Positions 46,024 through 56,134 of a stretch of 61,496 nucleotides of DNA are shown one piece after another. The notes beneath the pieces are model-generated. The model worked only from the letters and a program-made list of their open reading frames with translations. It ran no database searches and was not told the DNA's origin. Position 1 is the first letter of the stretch. Each line of letters opens with the position of its first letter. This stretch comes from a virus: the UHGV virus genome UHGV-0350099. One strand, 5' to 3'. Made by a program: the position numbers and the translations under genes.

Positions 46024-48339
46024 ATGATAAGCATCGTAAAACGTAACGGCCAAACAGAGCCGTTATCCGAAGAAAAATACAACCGCGTCGTAATGTATGG
46101 CGTAGAAGGCATTCGTGGTGTAAGCGCATCCGCTGTAGCAATGGGAGCTGCGGCCAGCATTTTTGATGGGATTACCACCAGCCAGTTGCATGAGGCTTTG
46201 GTTAAATCTGCCGCTGATTTGATCTCACCAGAAGCACCAAATTACTCACAGGTGGCTGCCCGCCTGAACATTTTTAAAATCCGCAAAGATGCCTTCGGTC
46301 GTTACGACTATCCGAACTTCTACCAACACATTGTCAAGAACGTTAACAAGGGCGTTTATGACAAGGATTTGCTGACACATTATTCGTTTGAAGAGATCGA
46401 AGAACTCGGCAATTACATTAAGCCGAAACGTGACGATCTTTTTGGCTATGCAGCTACGGTGCAGTTGCAAAGCAAATACCTCGTTCAAAACCGTGTTACT
46501 GGTGAGATTCATGAGGGGCCGCAACATATCTATATGCTGGTAGGCATGTGTCTGTTCCAGAATTGGGAAGACGACTGCGCTGGCAAAACACGTATGGAGA
46601 TGGTCAAAGGTTTCTATGACGTTACAAGTACGTTCAAACTGTCTCTGCCCACACCAATCATGGCCGGCGTCCGTACTCCAACCCGTCAGTTCTCCAGTTG
46701 TGTGCTGATTGAGTCTGGCGATAGTCTGAAAGGGATTAGTGCAGCTTCAGCCGCAATTATCGACTACGTTTCACGTCGTGCTGGAATTGGTATTGGTTTT
46801 GGCCGTATCCGTGCGCTGGGCAGCGAGATCCGCAATGGTGAAGCCACCCATACTGGAGTTATTCCATTCCTGAAGCATTTCCAGACGGCTGTTAAATCTT
46901 GTTCGCAAGGTGGTGTTCGTGGTGGCGCAGCAACAGCGTTTTACCCGATCTGGCATCTTGAAGTTGAAAGTCTGCTGGTGGTGAAAAATAACCGTGGTAT
47001 TGATGAAAACCGCGTTCGCCATCTTGATTACGGCGTCATGAGTAACCGTCTAATGTACCGTCGACTCGTCAGAAGCGAGAACATCACTCTGTTCAGCCCG
47101 CATGATGTGCCTGATATGTACGAAGCCTTCTTCACAGACCAGGAGCTGTTTGAAAAGCTGTACCATAAATACGAAGCCGATGATTCAATTCGCAAGAAGT
47201 CAGTACCTGCCATTGAGCTGTTCTCATCTCTGATGCAGGAACGAGCGTCCACGGGCCGAATTTATATTGCGAACGTCGATCATATTAATGAGCATGGCGC
47301 TTTCATTCCTGCTCTTGCACCTGTTCGCCAGTCAAACCTGTGTATGGAGATCACCCTACCCACCCGTCCACTGGCATTTACCGACGACCCGAACGGTGAG
47401 ATCGCGCTATGCACTTTATCCGCTTTTAACCTCGGAGCCATCCGTTCACTGGAGTCTCTTAAAGAGGTGGCGTTCTATGCCGTTGCTGCACTGGATTCGT
47501 TACTGGATTATCAAGACTATCCGATGGAGGCAGCCGAAGTGCCTGCCAAAGCTCGTCGTAGCTTGGGAATTGGTGTAACCAACTTTGCTTATTACCTGGC
47601 AAAGAATGGCGTTCGTTATTCTGATACCGCTGGCAATAAACTGGTGCATGAAACGTTCGAAGCTATCCAGTATTACCTTCTTGATGCCAGCTGCCGACTT
47701 GCTGAAGCAAAAGGTGAGTGTGACTGGTTTGAGCAGACCAAATACGCAATTGGTCAGTTGCCGATCGACCATTACCGTTCTTCATTAGACGAAAGTGGCG
47801 AAACCAACTTTGAGTTAAAGATGCCGTGGGAAGAACTGCGTGAACGTATTGCAAAATACGGCCTTCGCAACTCCACACTGACGGCACAAATGCCATGCGA
47901 GACTTCCAGCCAGATCACTAATTCCACCAACGGCATCGAACCGCCTCGTGGCCCGGTGTCGGTGAAATCTTCTAAGGACGGCATCGTTAAGATGGTCGTG
48001 CCTGAGTTTGAAAAACTGAAGGAACAGTATGAATACCTGTGGGATATGCCGGACAACCGCGGCTATCTGACAAAGGTGGCGATCATCCAGAAGTTCTTTG
48101 ACCAGGCTATTTCAGCCAATACCAACTATGACCCTTCTCGCTTTGAAGGCGATAAAGTCCCAATGATGACGCTACTGTCAGATTTGCTTCTCGCCTACAA
48201 GATGGGAGTTAAAACGCTTTACTACCACAACACCAGAGATGGGGCAGGAAAGCGTGATGACGACGAACCGCAGAATCCACTGACGCAAGCTGTAGCCGTC
48301 GAGCCAGAAGATGAGTGCGACGGAGCCTGCAAAATCTGA
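46024..48339 (+). CDS. nrdA: Ribonucleoside-diphosphate reductase alpha subunit (class I)
   Basis: 771 aa; N-terminal ATP-cone-like VVKRNGQTEPL; active-site NLCMEI; C-terminal Cys pair ECDGACKI. Confidence 0.9.
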   Translation: MISIVKRNGQTEPLSEEKYNRVVMYGVEGIRGVSASAVAMGAAASIFDGITTSQLHEALVKSAADLISPEAPNYSQVAARLNIFKIRKDAFGRYDYPNFYQHIVKNVNKGVYDKDLLTHYSFEEIEELGNYIKPKRDDLFGYAATVQLQSKYLVQNRVTGEIHEGPQHIYMLVGMCLFQNWEDDCAGKTRMEMVKGFYDVTSTFKLSLPTPIMAGVRTPTRQFSSCVLIESGDSLKGISAASAAIIDYVSRRAGIGIGFGRIRALGSEIRNGEATHTGVIPFLKHFQTAVKSCSQGGVRGGAATAFYPIWHLEVESLLVVKNNRGIDENRVRHLDYGVMSNRLMYRRLVRSENITLFSPHDVPDMYEAFFTDQELFEKLYHKYEADDSIRKKSVPAIELFSSLMQERASTGRIYIANVDHINEHGAFIPALAPVRQSNLCMEITLPTRPLAFTDDPNGEIALCTLSAFNLGAIRSLESLKEVAFYAVAALDSLLDYQDYPMEAAEVPAKARRSLGIGVTNFAYYLAKNGVRYSDTAGNKLVHETFEAIQYYLLDASCRLAEAKGECDWFEQTKYAIGQLPIDHYRSSLDESGETNFELKMPWEELRERIAKYGLRNSTLTAQMPCETSSQITNSTNGIEPPRGPVSVKSSKDGIVKMVVPEFEKLKEQYEYLWDMPDNRGYLTKVAIIQKFFDQAISANTNYDPSRFEGDKVPMMTLLSDLLLAYKMGVKTLYYHNTRDGAGKRDDDEPQNPLTQAVAVEPEDECDGACKI

Positions 48340-48382
48340 CATATGGTGGGGTATAACCCCACCTTCTCTTTGATTTGTAAGC

Positions 48383-48418
48383 CTTGTTTAAACAAATAAG
48401 ATAACAACTTGTTTAAAC
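48383..48418. promoter_or_regulatory. Two adjacent AAACAA/TTGTTT palindromes upstream of nrdB
   Basis: TTGTTTAAACAA and AACAACTTGTTTAAAC followed by AAAGGAAAAACACATG. Confidence 0.5.
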
Positions 48419-48444
48419 ACATCAAAAAGCAAAAGGAAAAACAC

Positions 48445-49587
48445 ATGTCATATTCAACGTTCCGTTTGGGTGCTAATGATGCAACCAAAGAGCCTATGTT
48501 CCTCGGACAATCTGTCAACGTGGCACGTTACGATCAGCAAAAATACCGTGATTTTGAAAAGTTGATTGAACGTCAATTGTCTTTCTTCTGGCGGCCGGAA
48601 GAAGTTGATATTTCGAGCGATCGTATCGACTTCAACACGAAGCTGCGGGACCACGAACGTCACATTTTTCTGAGCAATCTCCGTTATCAAACGTTACTCG
48701 ACTCAGTTCAGGGACGTAGCCCAAATGCAACGCTGCTGCCGCTTATCTCTATTCCTGAACTGGAAACGTGGGTTGAAACATGGTCTTTCTCTGAGACTAT
48801 CCATAGCCGCAGCTACACCCACATTATTCGTGGCATGGTGGACGATCCGAGCATTGTTTTTGACGGTATTGTTACGGATGAAGAAATCATCAACCGAGCG
48901 ATCAGTATCTCTGCTGAATATGACAGGCTTTATGGGATGACCTGCGAGCGCCAGTCGTTAGGTGAGAAAGAGTTTGAACGTCTGTACGTAAATGAATATG
49001 GCTGGGAGCCATACCCTTTGCATCGTCAGCTTTTCCGCACGTTGGTGTCCATTAATGCGCTTGAGGCGATCCGTTTCTATGTAAGTTTTGCATGTACGTT
49101 TGCCTTTGGCGAACGGAAGTTGCTTGAGGGTAACACCAAAATTATGCGCTTTATTGCCCGTGATGAAGCTCTGCATTGCGAAGGAACTGAACGCATGATC
49201 CGCTTCATGCGTACCGGTCGCGAAGGTTTATTGTGGAAAGAGATTGCTGCTGATGAAGAAAACGTCATTTACGACACCATGAAATCAGTCGCCGAACAAG
49301 AAATGAACTGGGCAGACTATCTCTTCAAAGACGGTTCGATGATTGGTTTAAACGCGGATATTCTGAAGACCTATGTAAAATACCGAACCAATCTGGCTAT
49401 GAATCGTCTTGGCCTGAAGGCTTTATTTCCAGAAGTTACCACTGATCCGCTGGTCTGGATGAACAAGTGGTTGTTAACCGACACACTGCAAATTGCACCA
49501 CAAGAGGCAGAGCAAAGCACATATCTGGTAGGTCAGATCGATTCTACCGTGGATAAGGCTTCTCTAAGCCAGTTTGCTGACCTGTAA
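48445..49587 (+). CDS. nrdB: Ribonucleoside-diphosphate reductase beta subunit (class I)
   Basis: Di-iron ligand pattern [13 protein letters not shown] and RDEALH; start at ATG 48445 in conserved start context. Confidence 0.9.
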   Translation: MSYSTFRLGANDATKEPMFLGQSVNVARYDQQKYRDFEKLIERQLSFFWRPEEVDISSDRIDFNTKLRDHERHIFLSNLRYQTLLDSVQGRSPNATLLPLISIPELETWVETWSFSETIHSRSYTHIIRGMVDDPSIVFDGIVTDEEIINRAISISAEYDRLYGMTCERQSLGEKEFERLYVNEYGWEPYPLHRQLFRTLVSINALEAIRFYVSFACTFAFGERKLLEGNTKIMRFIARDEALHCEGTERMIRFMRTGREGLLWKEIAADEENVIYDTMKSVAEQEMNWADYLFKDGSMIGLNADILKTYVKYRTNLAMNRLGLKALFPEVTTDPLVWMNKWLLTDTLQIAPQEAEQSTYLVGQIDSTVDKASLSQFADL

Positions 49588-49664
49588 ACCGATACAAAGC
49601 ATTATGTGGCCTGGCAACGCTGGTCCACAATGGATCACAAGAATTAAGAAGGAACAAAACTAGC

Positions 49665-50534
49665 ATGAACTTTACCAAACTGACTGACCACCTGAAACTT
49701 GCCACCGATCGACTCATTGGATTTAAGCCAGAACCATATGAGTTGCATGAAGGTCATGGTGTAGCTACTGAAAGTATTTACAAGATGGTCGATCAGTTTC
49801 ATGAACTCTTCCAGCATCCGAGACGCGTTATGCCGACACCAGAGCTGCTTCGTCTCCGTGCAAGCCTGATTCATGAAGAAGCTGTAGTGGAAGGTATTCC
49901 AGCCGCAATGAATGGGGATATTGAGCAACTGCTGGATGCAATGGCCGACTTTTTATACGTTGGTGTTGGTACGATGGTCGCCATCAAAGGTGGTATTTCT
50001 ACCGGCATGACCTATTACACGCAGGAACAGAGCATTGATCGCTTTATGCAGACAATTTTTGTGCCCGGTAACACTGTTTTCGATGATATGGCAATGCCAT
50101 TTCAGGAAGCTCGTGAGGCGTCATGTATGCTCGAAGAGCTGGCAGATAAACTTGAGAACAAGACTGTTAAGGATTCTGAGCTGATTCAGGAACTGCGCCG
50201 TGTCATGAACAAAATCTATGTGGCGTGCATGATGACCTATCGACTGGCTGATTTCCTCGGTATCAATGTAGTCGAGCTGGTTGGCGAAATTCATCGGTCT
50301 AACATGACAAAATTATGGCCTGCTGATGTTGAGGAACGTCGCCAGGCTGTGGCCAACTGCAAATACGACTCTTCAGACCTGGGATTTCGCCATGCTGATG
50401 GTACCGATAAGATGATCGGTTTTCGAATTTCCGATGGAAAGATTCTGAAGTCTCCAACCTATAGTGATGTCGATTTATCCTCCTTTGTTGAGCAAGCTAA
50501 AGCCTCAGCAATGTACGGAATGATCAAAAAATAG
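49665..50534 (+). CDS. Putative all-alpha NTP pyrophosphohydrolase (MazG/dimeric dUTPase-like)
   Basis: Glu/Asp-rich helical motif HEEAVVEGIPAAMNGDIEQLLDAMADF; context among nucleotide metabolism genes; weak. Confidence 0.4.
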   Translation: MNFTKLTDHLKLATDRLIGFKPEPYELHEGHGVATESIYKMVDQFHELFQHPRRVMPTPELLRLRASLIHEEAVVEGIPAAMNGDIEQLLDAMADFLYVGVGTMVAIKGGISTGMTYYTQEQSIDRFMQTIFVPGNTVFDDMAMPFQEAREASCMLEELADKLENKTVKDSELIQELRRVMNKIYVACMMTYRLADFLGINVVELVGEIHRSNMTKLWPADVEERRQAVANCKYDSSDLGFRHADGTDKMIGFRISDGKILKSPTYSDVDLSSFVEQAKASAMYGMIKK

Positions 50535-50536
50535 TT

Positions 50537-50557
50537 GTAGGTAGTTATCTATCTATG
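50537..50557. promoter_or_regulatory. Palindromic intergenic motif GTAGGTAGTTATCTATCTATG
   Basis: Member of dispersed motif family. Confidence 0.4.
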
Positions 50558-50603
50558 TATATTGTGTTGGCGCGTTAAATTCCTGAAACAACTATTCGTT
50601 TTT

Positions 50604-50628
50604 GGTGGCCTATGGCCACCATTTTTTT
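50604..50628 (+). terminator. Rho-independent terminator
   Basis: GGTGGCC-TAT-GGCCACC followed by ATTTTTTT. Confidence 0.65.
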
Positions 50629-50673
50629 ATCTATCTGGCCTTGTTCTCTCAATAAATGTAAACTCACGTAATG

Positions 50674-50691
50674 AATAAGTGGTTACTTATC
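50674..50691. promoter_or_regulatory. Palindromic intergenic motif AATAAGTGGTTACTTATC
   Basis: Member of dispersed motif family, directly upstream of thyA. Confidence 0.45.
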
Positions 50692-50705
50692 TTTGTGAGG
50701 TTTTT

Positions 50706-51809
50706 GTGTCACTCCTTTTGAATCGTGAGCATACGAACGGTCAGGTAACAAACGCATCGTATGCAAAAGTTATTGAGACGGTGCTTAAAAGCGGCGTGCA
50801 GGCTGATGATCGCACAGGCACTGGTACTTTAAGCACCTGCTACGTTCCCTCTTACTACATGCTTACTGGTGGGACTGTGCCGCTTATTTCTGGAAAGGCG
50901 GTAAATCTTAAGCCACTGCTTGTCGAACTTGAGTGGTATCTGAAAGGCACGGGCAACATCCAATTTCTCAAGGATAACGGCGTTAAGATTTGGGATGCAT
51001 GGGCCGATGAGAATGGCGATTTGGGGCCGGTTTACGGTAAGCAGTGGCGTCGATGGGAAGATACCCGCATCGTGAGCCATAGTGAATATCTGAGCAAGAT
51101 CGATACTTTCCGTGAACGCGGGTACAAAGTCGAGGGATACCTGGGTATCAGTGAAGATCGCGTAGTGCTGTCCCGTGAAATCGATCAGCTACAGCGTATT
51201 GTCGATACACTGCGCACGAACCCTACCGATCGTCGCATCATGCTTAACGCATGGAACGTAGGCGAGCTTGAGGATATGAAACTGCCACCTTGCCACTTTG
51301 TCTTCTCTTTGTGGAGTCGTGAGCTGGATTTTGAAACCCGTTTAACGATGGCAACTGACATTGGTCTTCAACACAGTCGCCTCGGTTACGAGTCTATCTA
51401 CACCAAGATGCTATACGATCTGGAGATGGACGGCAGTGTTACTGAAGCTGAACTGGATGAACTTGGAATCCCCAAACGCATCCTCAACTCCTGCCTCGTA
51501 CAGCGTAGCGTAGACACTTTTGTTGGTATGCCATTCAATATTGCTGGCTATGGCATTCTCACTCATTTTCTCGCGAAGATTACGGGTCACATGGCCGGTG
51601 CATTTGTGCATTTTGGCTTTGACGTGCATTTGTACAACAACCACATGGAAGGTGTGTGTGAGCTAATGAAACGACAGGCTCCAGAGCATTCAGATCCGGT
51701 CGTTATTTTCCCTCATGAATGGTCAGAGTTGGATGATTTCAAATGGGACGAGGTTTTAATTCTTGGCTATGACCCTCTACCGTGGATCAAGGTTCCAGTG
51801 GCGGTGTGA
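50706..51809 (+). CDS. thyA: Thymidylate synthase (ThyA family) with two insertions
   Basis: DDRTGTGTLS, IWDAWADENGDLGPVYGKQWRRW, RRIMLNAWNVGEL, LPPCH, GMPFNIAGY, C-terminal GYDPLPWIKVPVAV; start at GTG 50706 is tentative. Confidence 0.85.
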   Translation: MSLLLNREHTNGQVTNASYAKVIETVLKSGVQADDRTGTGTLSTCYVPSYYMLTGGTVPLISGKAVNLKPLLVELEWYLKGTGNIQFLKDNGVKIWDAWADENGDLGPVYGKQWRRWEDTRIVSHSEYLSKIDTFRERGYKVEGYLGISEDRVVLSREIDQLQRIVDTLRTNPTDRRIMLNAWNVGELEDMKLPPCHFVFSLWSRELDFETRLTMATDIGLQHSRLGYESIYTKMLYDLEMDGSVTEAELDELGIPKRILNSCLVQRSVDTFVGMPFNIAGYGILTHFLAKITGHMAGAFVHFGFDVHLYNNHMEGVCELMKRQAPEHSDPVVIFPHEWSELDDFKWDEVLILGYDPLPWIKVPVAV

Positions 51810-51810
51810 T

Positions 51811-52224
51811 ATGGCAAGAGGTATGTATGTCTTATGCGAAATTGAAGGTGTGCTGGCAAATGCCAGCCATCGTAAATCAGTATCTGACGCGGATGCAGGC
51901 CAGCTCATTGCCGGTGATGAACTCATTTTCCCCACCAGCCGTATGTTGCGTGGTTTTGCTCGCTCAGGGGCTGAAGTGGTGCTTATCAGTAGCCGCTCTG
52001 AAACTCTTGAAGCGCCAACTAAACGATGGCTGAAAGATTTTGGCGTTGATTATGACTGGCTTCATCTCGTACCGAATGGCACCAGTTATGAGAAGCATAT
52101 TAAGCGCACATTAGCGGAGCATAAAGGCGATCTGCTTATCGCTGCGCTGGTGCACGATCCTCGACTCCGTGCCGCTTTAGCCGACTCTCACCATCGACCG
52201 GTCATCTATGAGGTGAGCAAATGA
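51811..52224 (+). CDS. Hypothetical protein
   Basis: ATG 51811 overlaps thyA stop (TGATATG); 137 aa; no confident motif. Confidence 0.45.
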   Translation: MARGMYVLCEIEGVLANASHRKSVSDADAGQLIAGDELIFPTSRMLRGFARSGAEVVLISSRSETLEAPTKRWLKDFGVDYDWLHLVPNGTSYEKHIKRTLAEHKGDLLIAALVHDPRLRAALADSHHRPVIYEVSK

Positions 52225-52697
52225 AGATGATCGCTGCTGTTGGCCGTAACTATGAGATCGGCATAGCGAATGAACTCCCCTGGCGTTGTTCTACCGATCT
52301 GAAGCTATTTAAGAGACTCACCAAAAACGCCACTGTCGTTATGGGGCGTAAAACGATGGAAAGTCTCAAACGCCCTCTTCCAGAGCGTCATAACCTCGTT
52401 TTGACGCGCTCTCATGGCTTTGTACCAAATGGATTCTACCCTGCTGGTGTGGATGATGTGTTGCGATTACCAGAGCCTGTGTGGGTGATTGGCGGGGAAC
52501 AAATTTACTCGCTATTCATGCCGCATGTTGAAGAGATTTGGCTCTCCCACATCGGCGTTGATGTACCAAACGCCGATGCATTCTTCCCGGCAAGCATGAT
52601 GCGTAACTTAGGCTTTGTGCCTGTTGAAACAGCTTATACCCAACGAGCCAGCGAGGAAGAGCCTGGCTTTTCGCAGATCGTATACAGAAGGTCGTAA
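52221..52697 (+). CDS. Dihydrofolate reductase
   Basis: MIAAVGRNYEIGIANELPWRCSTDLKLFKRLTKNATVVMGRKTMESL matches DHFR N-terminal signature. Confidence 0.9.
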   Translation: MKMIAAVGRNYEIGIANELPWRCSTDLKLFKRLTKNATVVMGRKTMESLKRPLPERHNLVLTRSHGFVPNGFYPAGVDDVLRLPEPVWVIGGEQIYSLFMPHVEEIWLSHIGVDVPNADAFFPASMMRNLGFVPVETAYTQRASEEEPGFSQIVYRRS

Positions 52698-53341
52698 TGG
52701 ATTACCGGATTGGGATCACTGGTGCTCAGGGCAGTGGGAAAACAACCCTGGCTAAATATATCGACAAACATTACGGAATCCCTTACGTGGATGCTGGTGT
52801 CGGAAGTTTGATGAGCCGCCTCGGTGTTCGAGTAGGTGATTCTATGCCTCTATATGAGCGGCTTCAGATTCAAATGGAAATAGCAAAGCATATAGAGCTA
52901 CTTACGCGTGGAGTTGAAGGCTTTGTTATCGATCGCACACCTGCTGATGTTATGGCCTACACGTTGGATTTGGTCGGCCATACAAATGAAGATCGGTGTA
53001 TTGAGTTAGCCCTCGATATCGAAAAGTTTTGCCACAAAACTGCTATTTCAAACTTTAACGCCATTGCTGGCTTACGCCCGGGAGTCGCTCTCTCAGAGCG
53101 AGATTACTTGCGGTCACAACGAGCATCATTAGACCGTCTGTATGTCGCTCGTATTGATGCGTTGATGTGCGGGGAACTGACAAAAATTCACCTGCATCCG
53201 CAAAGGGGAGATCTGCAAACCTTCGTCGTTTCCAACCGGTATCGCACAGTTGAAGCAAGAGCCAGATCAGTGATGAGAATGCTAGATAACGCTGTAGAAA
53301 AGATAGAAAACCGGTTCTGTGGCCGAGTGACCGTTCATTAG
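52697..53341 (+). CDS. P-loop kinase, possibly deoxynucleoside monophosphate kinase
   Basis: N-terminal GITGAQGSGKTTLAKY Walker A; context; function inferred. Confidence 0.4.
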   Translation: MDYRIGITGAQGSGKTTLAKYIDKHYGIPYVDAGVGSLMSRLGVRVGDSMPLYERLQIQMEIAKHIELLTRGVEGFVIDRTPADVMAYTLDLVGHTNEDRCIELALDIEKFCHKTAISNFNAIAGLRPGVALSERDYLRSQRASLDRLYVARIDALMCGELTKIHLHPQRGDLQTFVVSNRYRTVEARARSVMRMLDNAVEKIENRFCGRVTVH

Positions 53342-53402
53342 AAATTGTTCGCCTCTTCGACATTGCGACAATAAAACTCTCAAAATGGGTTAAGGATAAA
53401 AA

Positions 53403-53822
53403 ATGTTTAGTGAAATGTTGCTTGAAGATGAACTGGATCGGAAAACAACAGAGGCTTTGATTCGTGTAGCGGACGAACATTCCCGGTCGCTTATGAGCGA
53501 TCGAGAGGCTCGTCTGGCTATTCGTGCCATATTCGAAACTGCGCAGGGGCTTGTTGGTACACAAGTGGGTGAAGCCATTAACATCGCCATGTCTCAGTTC
53601 AGTGAAGGCAGTAAAAAGCCTCTGTTTCCTATGCATTTGATGCTGGCTGGTGGCACGGTGCTTTATATCTCTGTTTGTCTGGATAGCAACCAAATCAATA
53701 TTCTCAACACTGTGTCAGGTAAGTGGAAAGATCCGATTGTCTGTGAAACCAGTGAAGAAACTTTGAAAAAAGCGGCTCAATTTGTACGTAGCGCACTACT
53801 TAAGGGCGCTAAGAAGTTGTAA
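53403..53822 (+). CDS. Hypothetical protein
   Basis: 139-aa ORF; no motif recognised. Confidence 0.45.
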   Translation: MFSEMLLEDELDRKTTEALIRVADEHSRSLMSDREARLAIRAIFETAQGLVGTQVGEAINIAMSQFSEGSKKPLFPMHLMLAGGTVLYISVCLDSNQINILNTVSGKWKDPIVCETSEETLKKAAQFVRSALLKGAKKL

Positions 53823-53831
53823 GGAGTTCTG

Positions 53832-54389
53832 ATGACAACGATTGTTGCAGGCATCGATATCGAGTCTACGGGACTGGATTTCCTTGCTGGTCATAAAATT
53901 ATTGAAATCGCAATTACCCGCTATGAACTGGAGACACAGAGACATATTGATAGTCTGGAGATGCGTTTTAACCCTCGCAGAAACATAGATCCGAAAGCTC
54001 AAGCCGTTCATGGCATTTCATTGGAACAGCTCGCAGCTGAACCTTTGTTGTCAAATCATGCCAGCGAAATTGGCGCTTATATGGGGGCATGTAGTGTGTG
54101 GGTTGCTCATAACGGCGAAGCATTTGATATACCATTTATTCGACACGAGTTTTCAGGGTATGGAGTAAGACTGCCAGAAGTTCCTGTTATAGATACTATG
54201 TTATCGGGATTGTGGGCCACAGAAGACGGTAAACGTCCCCGCCTTGAAGAGTTGGCCTTCTCTCTTGGCTTTATATACGATCATGCCAAAGCACATAGTG
54301 CCTTATATGACACAAACTTAATGATGCAATGCTTCTTTAAGGCACGTAATAAGTACGGATTTTTTAAATTACCCTCTGAAATTGTGTAA
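53832..54389 (+). CDS. DnaQ-like 3'-5' exonuclease (DEDDh family, epsilon-like)
   Basis: Exo I GIDIESTG, Exo II VAHNGEAFDIPF, Exo III HSALYDTN. Confidence 0.7.
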   Translation: MTTIVAGIDIESTGLDFLAGHKIIEIAITRYELETQRHIDSLEMRFNPRRNIDPKAQAVHGISLEQLAAEPLLSNHASEIGAYMGACSVWVAHNGEAFDIPFIRHEFSGYGVRLPEVPVIDTMLSGLWATEDGKRPRLEELAFSLGFIYDHAKAHSALYDTNLMMQCFFKARNKYGFFKLPSEIV

Positions 54390-54394
54390 AACAA

Positions 54395-54433
54395 AAGCCT
54401 ACTTTAAAAAGTTTAAAGTAGGCTTTCTTTTAA
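54395..54433 (+). terminator. Rho-independent terminator (long AT-rich stem)
   Basis: AAGCCTACTTTAAA-AAG-TTTAAAGTAGGCTT followed by TCTTTT. Confidence 0.55.
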
Positions 54434-54547
54434 AGAACAGTCGCCTTTCAATCATTTCCTGCCTGTATTTAATACTTTTCCGCCTGATAGGTTTAGTCAA
54501 AATGTAGCCATCGAAACGCAAATGTAACCAAACAGAAGGAGACTTAC

Positions 54548-55357
54548 ATGAGTTCGGTTGAAAATGTAATGACAAATGATGATCTGGACGAGCTGACAGC
54601 CATGTTGCAATCACTTGATGAACCAGTAAAAAAAGCTGCACAGGTTGAAAATACTGATGATATTGACGATCTGCTGCTCGGCCTAGATGCTGGCGTAGCC
54701 ATGAGTTCTGATGATGTTGCCGAAGAACTGTTCAATGAAGAAAAAGCAGGTGATTTCAGCTCTGCTTTAAATGAGTTGGAGTTAGCGCATGAGCCTATAA
54801 ACGTAATTAACGTTGAAAGTGTTGAAGCTGCCGAAAACGAGCCAGAACAATTGGGATTTATTGAGGTTGAAGAGTGTGTTGAGGTTAATGATGAATTAAA
54901 AGTTCAACAGTCAAATGATAGCAATACAAATAAAAAAGCTCGTACTGCAAGAGGTCCTCGTTTTACTTTAAGTGATAAAGATGATTCGTTTTTCAATAAA
55001 GCGGGCTTAGAAAAAGATATTTTCTTAGACGCTTACGATAACGCGCCTGTCAAAGCAAAGGATAAGATATTAAACCTTCTTAATTGGTTTAGCGGAGGTC
55101 CAGATATTAGTGTTTACACGGTAATTTCCATGAGACACCTTCTCACAGAAAAGAAGGCTACAAGTAATAGTATTAAGATTGCTTTAATGAGCAATCCAGA
55201 AAAACCGTATCCGCTTAACACTGCGTCAACTCAGGCTGGGCAAATGATGGCTGTATTTCCAGCGACAGGAATTGCCGTTAGAGACGGTGGAAATCTAACA
55301 TTGAACGAAGAATCACCGATCGTTAAGAAGTTTGTCGCGGAGTACACTATTGGATGA
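54548..55357 (+). CDS. Hypothetical acidic protein (AT-rich gene)
   Basis: 269-aa ORF, Asp/Glu-rich N-terminal half; lower GC than neighbours. Confidence 0.45.
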   Translation: MSSVENVMTNDDLDELTAMLQSLDEPVKKAAQVENTDDIDDLLLGLDAGVAMSSDDVAEELFNEEKAGDFSSALNELELAHEPINVINVESVEAAENEPEQLGFIEVEECVEVNDELKVQQSNDSNTNKKARTARGPRFTLSDKDDSFFNKAGLEKDIFLDAYDNAPVKAKDKILNLLNWFSGGPDISVYTVISMRHLLTEKKATSNSIKIALMSNPEKPYPLNTASTQAGQMMAVFPATGIAVRDGGNLTLNEESPIVKKFVAEYTIG

Positions 55358-55432
55358 CGTTCCCCTACTGAAAATAAAGCCCATAGAGAGCTTTATAGTG
55401 CTGGGTAAGCCAATCACATACCCAGCACCACA

Positions 55433-55480
55433 AAAACGCGCCAGAGAGCTTCTCGTTTGCATTTCTGGCGCGTTTTATTT
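55433..55480 (+). terminator. Rho-independent terminator (12-bp stem)
   Basis: AAACGCGCCAGA ... TCTGGCGCGTTT followed by TATTTGATT. Confidence 0.55.
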
Positions 55481-55509
55481 GATTGCCAGACATAAAATCA
55501 AATGCAAAA

Positions 55510-55530
55510 ATAGGTATTTACTTACCTATC
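55510..55530. promoter_or_regulatory. Palindromic intergenic motif ATAGGTATTTACTTACCTATC
   Basis: Member of dispersed motif family, upstream of methyltransferase gene. Confidence 0.45.
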
Positions 55531-55540
55531 GAGAAAGAAG

Positions 55541-56134
55541 ATGATTGCAGCCGAAAAAATCAAACAGCGAAAGCGCGACAACTCTCTTCGTGACCTCTGG
55601 AGAACACCTGACTGGCTGTTTTCTGCCATTCAACGTTATCTTGGAGTGACATTTGATGTTGACGTTGCCTGCAACAAGGACAATGCAAAGCTGCCTAATT
55701 TCATAGGCGTTGAGCGTGATGCTTTGAAATCTGAATGGGGACAGCCAGGTACAATTGCCTTCCTCAATCCACCCTACTCCAAAATCTCCCCCTGGATTGA
55801 TGCAGCTATACGTGAGCAGGCTCGCGGAGTTACAACAGTGATGCTAATTCCTCAATCCCTAGATACAAAGTGGTATGAGCGTGCAACAGAGTGTGCGAAT
55901 GAGACGATTATTCTGTCTGGTGGCCGCGTAGCGTTTGTCGAGCCTGACGTCAATCTGGGTCAGGTAGAAGTAAACATCAACCCCGGTGGCAGTATGCTCG
56001 TTGTTTTTCGAGGATTCTGTCAGGACGCTGGGCACTCTATAAGCAAGATCCCTTTGGACGTCATGAAAAGTCTGGGAGGGTATGATCCTGCGAATGTGGT
56101 CAGAAAAAAAAGACCATCAAAGAAGGCTGCTTAG
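55541..56134 (+). CDS. DNA N6-adenine methyltransferase (phage Dam-like)
   Basis: Motif IV AFLNPPYSKI (NPPY); 197 aa typical of small phage N6A methyltransferases. Confidence 0.6.
   Translation: MIAAEKIKQRKRDNSLRDLWRTPDWLFSAIQRYLGVTFDVDVACNKDNAKLPNFIGVERDALKSEWGQPGTIAFLNPPYSKISPWIDAAIREQARGVTTVMLIPQSLDTKWYERATECANETIILSGGRVAFVEPDVNLGQVEVNINPGGSMLVVFRGFCQDAGHSISKIPLDVMKSLGGYDPANVVRKKRPSKKAA

Noticed and set aside
48409-48444. Extended N-terminus (start 48409) for NrdB
   Set aside because: ATG 48445 sits in the conserved AAAGGAAAAACACATG start context shared by many genes here; the upstream ATG overlaps the palindromic promoter-like motif.
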